Positions 18,732 through 28,115 of a stretch of DNA of 64,000 nt are shown here, in pieces. The stretch's first letter is position 1, and every line of letters starts with the position of its first letter. The notes beneath the pieces are model-generated. The model worked only from the letters and a program-made list of their open reading frames with translations, had not been told where the DNA came from and did not search any database. A program made the translations under genes and the position numbers. This DNA comes from an uncultured Gammaproteobacteria bacterium (GTDB taxonomy: Bacteria > Patescibacteriota > Microgenomatia > Levybacterales > UBA12049): contig CAZEJU010000004.1 in assembly GCA_964512695.1 (NCBI GenBank), positions 12,656 through 76,655 of the forward strand, in the 5' to 3' direction.

Positions 18732-19319
18732 ATGCTAAAAGCGTTTATCGGAATACTCGGCATAATGCTTTTACTTGCTGGTATTTTTGTACGTAATAAT
18801 GTAGAAAAAAGCGAAAAGCTTGCTTTTGCACTCGACGATAAAAGAACCGCATTTGCTGTTATCGGAGATAATACGCCTCCTCCATGTATCTGGGAAACAA
18901 AAGAGCCAGAAAGAGTCATGGCAGAGAATAAAACACAAGCAGTTTCTATTTCTGTTAACAACTCTGCGGAAAAACCTTGTGAAACATACCTTTCTCTTCG
19001 CGCGCCAAATTTCGATTTAAGCCCGTCAAAGGAAGAACAAAAAATCACCTTACCGTCAAAAGGGAAAGGATCACTTTCTTGGATTATGACCCCAAGAAAA
19101 ACAGGAACTTTCGATCTAGCAGTTTCAGATGTTATTAATACCCAAGTCTTCGGAATTACTGTTACGAATATGTTCGGTCTAACCGCTGCACAAGCGAAAA
19201 TTTTCTCTATGCTAAGTACTCTTTGCGGTCCGATGCTTACAGTACCATGGTGGGTGGAAAAATGGATGCAAAGAAAAAAGAAACAAGAACCCTCTAAAGA
19301 AGAACATGAAAAAAAATGA
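18732..19319 (+). CDS. hypothetical membrane or secreted protein (195 aa)
   Basis: N-terminal signal/TM helix and a C-terminal TM helix. No recognisable family. Confidence 0.4.
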   Translation: MLKAFIGILGIMLLLAGIFVRNNVEKSEKLAFALDDKRTAFAVIGDNTPPPCIWETKEPERVMAENKTQAVSISVNNSAEKPCETYLSLRAPNFDLSPSKEEQKITLPSKGKGSLSWIMTPRKTGTFDLAVSDVINTQVFGITVTNMFGLTAAQAKIFSMLSTLCGPMLTVPWWVEKWMQRKKKQEPSKEEHEKK

Positions 19320-19535
19320 AATAATATTTAAGCCAAAGTTCTTTACCATTCATTCTGCATCAAACGTGACAAATATAGCAACCAAAAGCAATTAACCTTT
19401 ACTTCCAGGACGTAACATCACTCCAGTTCTTGACATCCGTGCGCCAAAACTAAGATAAAATATATCGTCTCAAGGCTGTAGATCTTCCATAACTCTTGCT
19501 TGCCTTTTGGGATATCCCAGGCATATAATCCTCTT

Positions 19536-19907
19536 ATGTCTGATCTCGATAAATTAACGAGAAGTATTATTAAATTCCGAGATGCCAGGAATTGGAAACA
19601 ATTCCATAACCCTAAAGATCTATCGCTTTCTTTAGTACTAGAAGCTACTGAAGTAATGGAACATTTCCAATGGAAGAGTAAAGAAGAAATCGAAGGATAT
19701 ATAAAAACGAATAGAGATGCTATCGCAGAAGAACTTGCAGATACGCTTTACTGGATTCTTTTACTAAGCAATGACTTGCATATAGATATTGGAGAGGCGT
19801 TAAAGAAAAAAATGGAACAAAATGAAAAAAAATACCCAGTAGAAAATCAAAAAATTCACATAAAAAATATACAGAACTATAATGATGGAATACAATACCA
19901 CGACTGA
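19536..19907 (+). CDS. MazG-like nucleoside triphosphate pyrophosphohydrolase
   Basis: MSDLDKLTRSIIKFRDARNW...EATEVMEHFQW...EELADTLYWILLLSNDL is the MazG/NTP-PPase EExxE/D fold signature. I prefer the ATG at 19536 over the TTG at 19500. A TATAAT sits 7 nt upstream of that ATG with no Shine-Dalgarno sequence, so the mRNA may be leaderless. Confidence 0.65.
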   Translation: MSDLDKLTRSIIKFRDARNWKQFHNPKDLSLSLVLEATEVMEHFQWKSKEEIEGYIKTNRDAIAEELADTLYWILLLSNDLHIDIGEALKKKMEQNEKKYPVENQKIHIKNIQNYNDGIQYHD

Positions 19908-19946
19908 TTACATATGCCCCTGTCTGCTATAGGATATAATTAATTC

Positions 19947-20561
19947 ATGAATAGAGAATACGATCTCATACGATTTGAAAAAGCAAGTGATTTTAACATG
20001 CGAAAGTTCGACGCTAGCAAAAAAACTAAAAGAAAGCTTACCGAACAGCCTACATGGATACATAGTAATAGAGTAGCAACAATACTCTATCAAGTTGGAG
20101 CTGATGAAGATACGATAGTGGCAGGTTATGTACATGACACACTTGAAGACACTGAAACGACATACGAAGAGTTAGTTAAAAACTTTGGAGAAAATGTCGC
20201 GAGACTTGTTTATGCAGTTACGGAAAAAGATAGATCACTTCCATGGAGAGAAAGAAAACAAAGGGCTAGAGCAGAAATCGTAACAATGTCCGAAGACGAA
20301 CAGTTATTAAAAACCGCTGATCTTATCGATAATATTACTGATTTCATTATTTCATACCCAGATCGTGGAGATAGTATGTTTGAAATATTTAATGCAGGAA
20401 AAACTAACCAGTACGACCGTTTCAGAAAACTTGCTGAAACATTACGGAATACATGGTCAGATAATCCTTTACTCCCTGAGTTCGAAAAAGCCATACAACA
20501 CTACGAGATTGTGGTTATGGGTATAAGGCCAAATTCCTACGCAGTAGAACACTTTGCATAA
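19947..20561 (+). CDS. HD-domain (p)ppGpp hydrolase-like protein, second paralog
   Basis: HSNRVATIL...AGYVHDTLEDT...LLKTADLIDN is the same H/HD/D RelA-SpoT hydrolase signature as the protein at 8825-9415. Confidence 0.6.
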   Translation: MNREYDLIRFEKASDFNMRKFDASKKTKRKLTEQPTWIHSNRVATILYQVGADEDTIVAGYVHDTLEDTETTYEELVKNFGENVARLVYAVTEKDRSLPWRERKQRARAEIVTMSEDEQLLKTADLIDNITDFIISYPDRGDSMFEIFNAGKTNQYDRFRKLAETLRNTWSDNPLLPEFEKAIQHYEIVVMGIRPNSYAVEHFA

Positions 20562-20619
20562 AAAAACACTTGATCCAGTTCCCCTTCACAAGTGTTTTTC
20601 GGAAATAGAAAAAAAGAGA

Positions 20620-20940
20620 TTAATAACCTCCTTGTCTTCTATCGTCTCTTCGGTCAAATCTCTGACCGCCACCATTTCTTGGACCTCGATCTTCTTGAGG
20701 TTTTGCCTCATTGACCTTAATAGGTCTTCCATCGAGTTCTTTTCCATCAAGCATTTCAACTGCTTTTTGTGCTTCTTCTTCCGAACCCATTTCTACAAAT
20801 CCAAATCCTCGAGATCTTCCTGAATTTCTATCTGTTATAACCTTTGCTGAAACAACTGTACCTGCTTGTGAGAAAAAATTACCGAGACTTTCATCTGTGG
20901 TCGCCCATGCGAGACTTCCGACGAATAATTTAGTACTCAT
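20620..20940 (-). CDS. RRM-type glycine-rich RNA-binding protein
   Basis: RNP2 LFVGSL and RNP1 RGFGFVEM motifs plus an RG/RGG-rich tail. I moved the start to the MSTK ATG at 20940, which has an AGGAGG Shine-Dalgarno sequence 5 nt upstream. Confidence 0.8.
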   Translation of the reverse strand: MSTKLFVGSLAWATTDESLGNFFSQAGTVVSAKVITDRNSGRSRGFGFVEMGSEEEAQKAVEMLDGKELDGRPIKVNEAKPQEDRGPRNGGGQRFDRRDDRRQGGY

Positions 20941-21111
20941 GATAACCTCCTTTCTTTTCAAATTGTGGAAAGCACTGGTTATCGTACTAGGGGAACTTTT
21001 AAAAATAAAAGCTGAACCTAAACTAACACACGCAGTCTTATCTACACTAACCGAAGTATATCATATCGTACAAAAAAAGCAATCAACAGTCTGGTATAAT
21101 AAAATGCAATC

Positions 21112-21891
21112 ATGAATGATTATAGAACTTTTGCAATTGAACTGGCCCAAAAAGCTGGAGAGATTATGAAAGCTAACTTCTCGCTTGGCATGAAGAAAGA
21201 GTGGAAAGCAGATCATACACCTCTCACGGTTACAGATACTTCAATAAATGAATTAGTTCTAAACTCAATCAAAGACGCATACCCTGAACACTCAATCCTC
21301 GCTGAAGAAGGCAGTCATTTAATAAAAGACTCTGAATATACATGGGTATGTGATCCTATTGACGGAACAATTCCTTTTTCTCATGGAATACCCATATCCA
21401 CGTTCACCTTAGCTTTAACAAGAAATGGTGAAAGTATATTTGGTATTATTTATGATCCGTATCTTAATCGACTATTTACCGGGGAGAAAGGAAAAGGCGC
21501 ATTTTTACATAACAAACGAATCTATGTTTCAGAATTATCTAGCCTCGCAGCTACTGCTATGAATATCGAAGCCTTTAAAGGAGCAACATATAATTTAATA
21601 GGTATCCAGGAAAAACTCTACGAAAAAAAAGTTAAACTATTTACTCTCTGCTCATATATTTATTCTGCTGCATTGGTCAGTTGTGGAGAATTAATAGGAG
21701 CAATATTTGCAAGTAAAACACCTTGGGATGTAGCAGCTGCAAAAATAATCATCGACGAAGCTGGAGGAAAAGCTACGGACCTTTTCGGAAACGACCAACG
21801 ATATGATAAAGATATAAAAGGTTTCGTGGCAAGTAATGGCCTAGTCCATGATGAGTTACTGCAGTTAATCAAGACTACTCTTAAGGTCTGA
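21112..21891 (+). CDS. inositol monophosphatase-family phosphatase (SuhB/IMPase-like)
   Basis: WVCDPIDGT and downstream WDVAAAKIIIDEAGG are the IMPase metal-binding motifs. Confidence 0.75.
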   Translation: MNDYRTFAIELAQKAGEIMKANFSLGMKKEWKADHTPLTVTDTSINELVLNSIKDAYPEHSILAEEGSHLIKDSEYTWVCDPIDGTIPFSHGIPISTFTLALTRNGESIFGIIYDPYLNRLFTGEKGKGAFLHNKRIYVSELSSLAATAMNIEAFKGATYNLIGIQEKLYEKKVKLFTLCSYIYSAALVSCGELIGAIFASKTPWDVAAAKIIIDEAGGKATDLFGNDQRYDKDIKGFVASNGLVHDELLQLIKTTLKV

Positions 21892-22038
21892 TTATTAGAA
21901 ATCTTCAAGAATTAACTAACCGAATACAATGCTACATCTTATTTGCACTTTTTTACTGGCATAATTTCATTCATTATTGATTTCTAGAAAGTAAGTAATT
22001 GTATTCAAATTATACATATAGTAGGATACAACTACTCA

Positions 22039-23208
22039 ATGCTACAGCTATATAACTCCCTAACAAATAAAAAAGAGACATTTACTCCCATAAATGATAA
22101 AAAGGTCTTACTATACGTTTGTGGTATTACACCTTATGACACAACTCACCTCGGACATGCCTTCACATACATGATATTCGATGTACTGCAGAGATATCTA
22201 CACTTCTCTGGTTATACAGTAAAATATGCACAAAACGTCACTGATATAGACGATGATATTCTTAAAAAAGCTAAAGAGGTAAAAAAAGATTGGAAAGAAC
22301 TCGGAAATTACTGGACTGAACGATTTCTTAAAGATTTAGACTATTTACACATTCAATCTCCAACTCATTACGTTAAAGCAACAGATTCATTATCTACGAT
22401 CATTAAAATTATTCAGCAGCTTGAAAGAGAATCAATAGCATATAACCGTCATGGTACATTGTACTTCGATGTACAAAAATTTCTTCCATATGGCAAATTA
22501 TCGAAATACTCTTTTGAAGACATGCTGTTACTATTAAAAGAACGAGGCGGTAATCCAGACGATCCTGAAAAAAAATACCCTCTCGACTTCATTCTTTGGC
22601 AGCCTTCTCGAGATGATGAACCTTTTTGGAAGTCTCCATGGGGAAACGGAAGACCTGGATGGCATATCGAATGTTCTGCAATGAATTTTGATTATCTAGG
22701 TGAACAAATTGATATCCACGGAGGTGGTGCTGATCTCATCTACCCTCATCATGAAAGTGAAATCGCTCAGTCTGAAACGTTTACTCGAAAAAAACCATTT
22801 ACTAAACATTGGATGCATATTGCAATGGTTCGTTATCAAGGGGAAAAAATGTCAAAGTCACTAGGTAATTTAATCATGATATCAAACCTTCAGGAACAAT
22901 ATAGCTCTAACGCTGTTCGATACACGCTTTTATCTCATCATTACCGTGAAACTTGGGAATTTCAAGAAAGTGAATTGGCTGAAGCGCAAAAAACAGTAGA
23001 ATCAATTGAAAAAAATATTAGATTATTTAGAAATCTACCCCCAGCTCCCCATGATAATCATTATATGAAACAATTTATCGAATTTATGAATGATGATATA
23101 AACACACCAGCTGTATTAAAACTTTTAACCACGTTACAAAAGAGAAAAGAAGCAATTGATGCTACACAAGCACTTCATACAATATTTACTCAACTTGGAT
23201 TTCAATAA
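22039..23208 (+). CDS. cysS: cysteine--tRNA ligase (compact form)
   Basis: YVCGITPYDTTHLGHA (HIGH), GWHIECSAM and KMSKSLGN. At 389 aa it is shorter than the canonical ~460-aa enzyme; the C-terminal region looks reduced. Confidence 0.8.
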   Translation: MLQLYNSLTNKKETFTPINDKKVLLYVCGITPYDTTHLGHAFTYMIFDVLQRYLHFSGYTVKYAQNVTDIDDDILKKAKEVKKDWKELGNYWTERFLKDLDYLHIQSPTHYVKATDSLSTIIKIIQQLERESIAYNRHGTLYFDVQKFLPYGKLSKYSFEDMLLLLKERGGNPDDPEKKYPLDFILWQPSRDDEPFWKSPWGNGRPGWHIECSAMNFDYLGEQIDIHGGGADLIYPHHESEIAQSETFTRKKPFTKHWMHIAMVRYQGEKMSKSLGNLIMISNLQEQYSSNAVRYTLLSHHYRETWEFQESELAEAQKTVESIEKNIRLFRNLPPAPHDNHYMKQFIEFMNDDINTPAVLKLLTTLQKRKEAIDATQALHTIFTQLGFQ

Positions 23209-23256
23209 AATTATGTATTAAATATTAGATTTTGGCACAGATTGACCTGGAAGAAG

Positions 23257-25665
23257 TTAATCCGCGGGTACTGGTTGGGTGGCATGAGCATGTATCATCG
23301 GATGAGATGTAGCAAGTGCCTCATCGTTTTTCTTTCTCTTAACTTTTACAGGCTTCACGAAAGCGAGATCCAAAACTTCATCCATGTGAGAGACAAACTT
23401 AAATTCCAAATCTTTCAACACTTCTTTTGGTACATCCTCTAGATCTTTCTCATTATCCTTTGGCATGATAATCATCTTTAATCCTGCACGGTGTGCTGCA
23501 ATAATTTTTTCTTTCACTCCACCAATTTCGAGTACTTTTCCTCGTAACGTTACCTCTCCAGTCATACCTACTGTACGCTTGATAGCGTTCTTTGTTAACG
23601 CAGAAGCAATGGCAGTAGTGATAGCAATACCTGCTGATGGACCATCTTTAGGAGTAGCCCCTTCTGGAACATGAACATGGACATCTAACTTTTGATAAAA
23701 TTTATCCGATAGTCCTAATTCAGCCGCCCGGGAACGAATATATGACATCGCGGCTTGACAGGACTCTTTCATAACGTCACCTAGCTGCCCAGTAAGAATC
23801 AGTTGACCTCTTCCAGGCATAAGTGCTACTTCTATGAATAGAATATCTCCACCTGCTTCAGTCCATGCGAGACCAGTTGCTTGACCTATTTCATCTTTTT
23901 TCTCAATTAACGTAGCACTGTATTTAATAGGTCCAAGATAAGTAGGAATATCAGTAGCTTTTACCATAATCTTTTCTTTTTCACCTTCAGCGATTTTCTT
24001 CGCTATTTTACGTAATACTGTGGCTATTTTCCTCTCAAGATTTCTTACACCGGCTTCTCTCGTATAATGGAGAATAATAAAACGTAATGCTTCGTCTGTA
24101 AGGTCTACCATTTCATTTTTTAGACCATGTGCTTCCATTTGTTTCTTAATAAGGTATTCTTTGGAAATTTTAAATTTTTCATCATGCGTATATCCTGTAA
24201 ATTGAATTATTTCTAGTCGATCTCGAAGCGCTGGGGGGATAGTATCGAGAACATTTGCTGTTGTGATAAACATGACATTTGATAAATCAAACGGTACTTC
24301 AAGGTAATGATCTGAAAATTGCGAATTTTGTTCTGGATCGAGTGCCTCTAGAAGAGCCGACGAAGGATCACCCCGAAAATCTGTTCCTACCTTATCGATT
24401 TCATCAAGCATAAAAACTGGATTTTTAGTTTCTGCATCTTTAATGCCTTGAATAATTCGTCCCGGCAGAGCGCCGACATACGTTCTTCTATGTCCTCTAA
24501 TTTCCGCCTCATCCCGAATACCTCCGAGAGAAACCCGAACAAATTTCCTACCTAATGCTCTGGCAATAGATTTACCGATAGATGTTTTACCAACACCGGG
24601 AGGACCAGCAAAACAAAGGATAGGTCCTTTAATCTTACCAGCTAGTTGATTTACCGCTAGATACTCTATAATTCTTTCTTTTGCTTTCTGTAATGCATAA
24701 TGATCTTCATCGAGTATTTTTTCCGCTGCTTTTATATCATTATTGCTTTTACTTTCCTTATTCCAGGGAACACTAATAAGCCAGTCTAAATAATTTCGGA
24801 TATAACCAACCTCAGGATTGAACTGGTTCATACCCTGTAATTTTTTCAATTCTTTTTCTGCTTTCTCACGAACTTCATCTGGCATGCCAGCTGCTTTAAT
24901 TTTTTGCATTAACTCTTTGGTGTCGTCATCACCATCTGTATCATTCAATTCTCTTTGAATTGTCTTTAATCGTTCTCGTAGCATTGCTTCTCGTGCGCCT
25001 TTTTCGAATCGTTCTTGTGTCTTTGAAGCAATTTTCTTTTCTAGCTCTAGTACTTTAATTTCTTTCGCGAGAAGCTCTGTCAATTTTTGTAATCTCTTTT
25101 TAACATCTGAAATTTCCAGAAGTTCCTGTCGCTCAACAGGTTTTAAATCTAATGCAGATGCGATGAGATCTGAAAGTTCAGAAGGAGAATTCTCAGACAT
25201 AATATTCATGAAAACGAGAAAATCCGCAGACTTACCGAAATTCATTGCTCTTCGAAACTCATTTGTTAGATGGTTACATAATGCAGTTATTTCTGGAGTA
25301 TTCTCGATAACATCTGGTATTTCTTCAACCCGTGCCATCAAGAATGAATCATGTTGTTCGAAAGATAAAATTTTCACTCGTGAGAGTCCACGAACTTGTG
25401 CATTAATTTCGCCATCGGCCCGAATCATCCTTTCAATTCGTGATAAAGTTCCTACACTAAATAGATCAGTTGTGGAAGGATCATTAATTCTCGAGTTTTT
25501 TTGCAAAACGAAGCATACAATTCTTTCATGCTGGAAGGAAGATTCTAAAGCAGCAAGACTTTTCGGCCGGCCAAAGGTAAGCACTGAATCTGTATTAGGA
25601 AAAATGATACCATCTCTTATCGGGATTATTGGAACTATTTTTTGTTGTGTGTTATTTTCTTCCAT
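23257..25665 (-). CDS. lon: ATP-dependent Lon protease
   Basis: 802 aa. LON N-domain, AAA+ GPPGVGKTS, proteolytic domain with DGPSAGIA (catalytic Ser). Confidence 0.9.
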   Translation of the reverse strand: MEENNTQQKIVPIIPIRDGIIFPNTDSVLTFGRPKSLAALESSFQHERIVCFVLQKNSRINDPSTTDLFSVGTLSRIERMIRADGEINAQVRGLSRVKILSFEQHDSFLMARVEEIPDVIENTPEITALCNHLTNEFRRAMNFGKSADFLVFMNIMSENSPSELSDLIASALDLKPVERQELLEISDVKKRLQKLTELLAKEIKVLELEKKIASKTQERFEKGAREAMLRERLKTIQRELNDTDGDDDTKELMQKIKAAGMPDEVREKAEKELKKLQGMNQFNPEVGYIRNYLDWLISVPWNKESKSNNDIKAAEKILDEDHYALQKAKERIIEYLAVNQLAGKIKGPILCFAGPPGVGKTSIGKSIARALGRKFVRVSLGGIRDEAEIRGHRRTYVGALPGRIIQGIKDAETKNPVFMLDEIDKVGTDFRGDPSSALLEALDPEQNSQFSDHYLEVPFDLSNVMFITTANVLDTIPPALRDRLEIIQFTGYTHDEKFKISKEYLIKKQMEAHGLKNEMVDLTDEALRFIILHYTREAGVRNLERKIATVLRKIAKKIAEGEKEKIMVKATDIPTYLGPIKYSATLIEKKDEIGQATGLAWTEAGGDILFIEVALMPGRGQLILTGQLGDVMKESCQAAMSYIRSRAAELGLSDKFYQKLDVHVHVPEGATPKDGPSAGIAITTAIASALTKNAIKRTVGMTGEVTLRGKVLEIGGVKEKIIAAHRAGLKMIIMPKDNEKDLEDVPKEVLKDLEFKFVSHMDEVLDLAFVKPVKVKRKKNDEALATSHPMIHAHATQPVPAD

Positions 25666-25701
25666 AAATGGGTATGTATTAGTGGTGAATGTATAGAACC
25701 A

Positions 25702-25728
25702 TTAGCAATCTATCATACTGTTTGCTAA
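25702..25728. promoter_or_regulatory. CIRCE-like inverted repeat (TTAGCAATC-N9-GTTTGCTAA) in the lon promoter region
   Basis: Seen in the sequence. Exact N9 spacing, and 15/18 arm matches to the HrcA operator consensus TTAGCACTC-N9-GAGTGCTAA. Sits 37 nt upstream of the lon start codon. Confidence 0.5.
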
Positions 25729-26034
25729 TTGTCAACCCCCTTATTAAAAAGTTTGAGATGGAAGTTCGGGGACTTGAAATTGATAGAATAAAATCTTCAG
25801 ATATTGATTCTAATAATTCAGGCTTTCTCGATTCAGTATTCAATAATCAAGGATATCAACTTCTAAATCTTAAAACATCCAATTTTAGAGTGCAACTAGG
25901 TTACCATGTACGAAATCAATCCACAAGTGATCAAACTATAACATTTTTTTCTTGCGTAAGAAATAAGTTAGGTTACATTTTTTAACTTTTTTTCTATCGA
26001 ATTACTTCTTTGGGTATGCTACACTTCTTACATT

Positions 26035-26565
26035 ATGAATAACAAAAAAACATTTGATCAAAACGAGAGAAGACAACGATCACTATTGCGAAGGCTGAAC
26101 TCACGCGAAGGTAAACTTGCTGAAAAAATAACTAACTTTGCAGGCAGTATGGATTTCGTATATTTTCATGCATTATGGTTTATGATATGGATTGGTATAA
26201 ACCAAGGTTATTTTAAACCTTATATACCTATTTTTGATCCATTTCCATATGGACTCTTAACTATGGTCGTATCTCTTGAGGCTATTTTTTTATCGACCTT
26301 TATTATGGTAGCTCAAAACCGACAATCGTTATTGGATAAATATAGAGATTTGGAAGAAGATATAGAAGAGAGAGAAGAAGAGATTGAGCAGCAGGAGTTA
26401 GAAGAAGATGTAGAAGGATTACAAGAAGACGTTCAGGATATCCAAAAAGATATGGACACGATACAAAAAGATCTTGATCAAATCATAAATTCAATTACAA
26501 CGTTACAGCAAAAGTTATCAAATACAATTGATAAAACGAGAACGGAAAATCAAATCAAAGGATAG
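26035..26565 (+). CDS. DUF1003-family membrane protein with an acidic coiled-coil tail
   Basis: FHALWFMIWIGIN... two-TM core typical of DUF1003. C-terminal EEDIEEREEEIEQQELEEDVEGLQEDVQD repeats. Confidence 0.5.
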   Translation: MNNKKTFDQNERRQRSLLRRLNSREGKLAEKITNFAGSMDFVYFHALWFMIWIGINQGYFKPYIPIFDPFPYGLLTMVVSLEAIFLSTFIMVAQNRQSLLDKYRDLEEDIEEREEEIEQQELEEDVEGLQEDVQDIQKDMDTIQKDLDQIINSITTLQQKLSNTIDKTRTENQIKG

Positions 26566-26902
26566 AGCGTTCGACTTTACCTAATAAATCACCAATATCG
26601 AATGGTTTTTCTAATACATCATGCGCGCCTATTTTTTCCGCTAACTCTTTGACATTCTGCTGCGCTGAAAGAAGTATAATAGGCACATCTGTAATGTATT
26701 TTATAACCTCAGCACTATCTCTCCCCCATAACCAACCATCTAATAAAACTAATGAAAATTTTTCAATTTTAAGAGCATGAACAATATTCTCAAATGATGC
26801 TGGGCATATCACTATATACCCTGCATCTTCTAATACAGTAGTCGTGATTTCTGCTATCGCATCATCATCTTCTGCAAGAAGAATCTTTTTGCCTTTTTTC
26901 AT
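26555..26902 (-). CDS. single-domain response regulator (REC/CheY-like)
   Basis: KKILLAEDDDAIAEITTTVLEDAGY...LVLLDGWLWGRDSAEVIKYI. Receiver fold with the phospho-acceptor Asp. It is convergent with the DUF1003 gene and overlaps it by 11 nt. Confidence 0.7.
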   Translation of the reverse strand: MKKGKKILLAEDDDAIAEITTTVLEDAGYIVICPASFENIVHALKIEKFSLVLLDGWLWGRDSAEVIKYITDVPIILLSAQQNVKELAEKIGAHDVLEKPFDIGDLLGKVERSIL

Positions 26903-27014
26903 GAATGTATACTATCATATTTTTTAACTACACAAAAAAACTCCTCAGGTAAGCAACGTCTTATTCCTTTATTGTAGACCGAATGCAAAGGATCAACGTA
27001 TATATAAATCGTAT

Positions 27015-27266
27015 CTATATATTCCTATATGCAGTTGTAAATAATACAAAACAGGCTCCACAAATAGCTATAAAGAATGAAACTAGACTAAATTGTTCAA
27101 TAGGAATATTAAGAATGATATTTGTTAACAGTCCAGTAATTATCGCTCCTCCTACGCTAAGCATGAATGTATATTTATTTCGTAAGGAAGGTTCGAGAAT
27201 ATACGAAAGTCCTCCAACCACACTTCCGAAAATTATCCATGTTAGAAAATTTGTAAACATACTCAT
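27015..27266 (-). CDS. GlsB/YeaQ/YmgE-family small membrane protein
   Basis: MSMFTNFLTWIIFGSVVGGLSYIL is the transglycosylase-associated-protein family signature. 83 aa, three TM helices. Confidence 0.6.
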   Translation of the reverse strand: MSMFTNFLTWIIFGSVVGGLSYILEPSLRNKYTFMLSVGGAIITGLLTNIILNIPIEQFSLVSFFIAICGACFVLFTTAYRNI

Positions 27267-28115
27267 GATGCGATACTAAACTGTACTGATAAGATATAAA
27301 GCATAAAAAAGTAAGGATTATGTAAACATGCATACCTTTAGAAAAATTATGATAATTCTTACGATGGTTTTACGTATATTTACACGCTTATAACAAACGA
27401 AAATTATTATAGAAAATACATTATGAGCAATCTGCCCAGAAAGAATATCTATGATAATCGTAAATACATTATTAAGAAAACTTGTAGTTTATATAACACA
27501 AAAACGACATTTTTACCTCGTGAAGGTTTGTGCGTGGTGTCCGAAAAGTAGCTATCCGAAGTTACATCTATGGCAGTCATATACGCATGGTTTATGCCGC
27601 AAGCATTACTTGCTTCTCCAGAAAAACCATCAAAGACCACTACCACAGTTCGATTTCGATAAAGTTCTTTCTTTTCTTTTTCCCCATCAGAAAATGGCTT
27701 GATCATAAAGATGTATGAATTATTTAATACTCAACGTTGAAATTTTTAGAAGTTTTATAATGACGCCATCACTACTTCATCGGAAATTGCATACAGAAAG
27801 TATGAACAATTAATCTAGGCGTCCTGTATTAGAACCTCCTCTCGGAACTGTTCGATCACTGTCTACCGTAGACGTAACAGTGGTCAGGGGAAAAGCCTGA
27901 GGTTTCTTAGTAGAACTTACATCGCTGTTTGAGTTGAGGATTACCCGAAAACCACATGTGCCGCTAACGTAAGACAAATAAAAAATGTTAATAATGCGAT
28001 AACACTAGTTTTTAACATATTCCAACTCCTTTCTTGAAAAGTGTTTATATACGAATGTATTTTATTCGCATCTGAAGCAGATGATAAATGTGTAAGAGCA
28101 ATATAATAAGAGAAA

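Noticed and set aside
25689-25985. 98-aa plus-strand ORF between lon and the DUF1003 gene
   Set aside because: AT-rich, Asn/Ser-rich low-complexity product that overlaps the lon promoter and CIRCE element. It is more plausibly a regulatory spacer.
26340-26520. Repetitive GAAGAAGA-rich DNA that could be taken for a tandem repeat or CRISPR-like array
   Set aside because: It is in-frame coding sequence for the acidic coiled-coil tail of the DUF1003 protein (EEDIEEREEEIEQQELEED...), not a spacer-repeat array. No CRISPR repeats were found anywhere in the window.
27449-27706. Two antiparallel 83/85-aa ORFs occupying the same stretch
   Set aside because: They are mutually exclusive, have no Shine-Dalgarno sequence and an odd composition, and sit inside a long intergenic region. 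Treated as non-coding.
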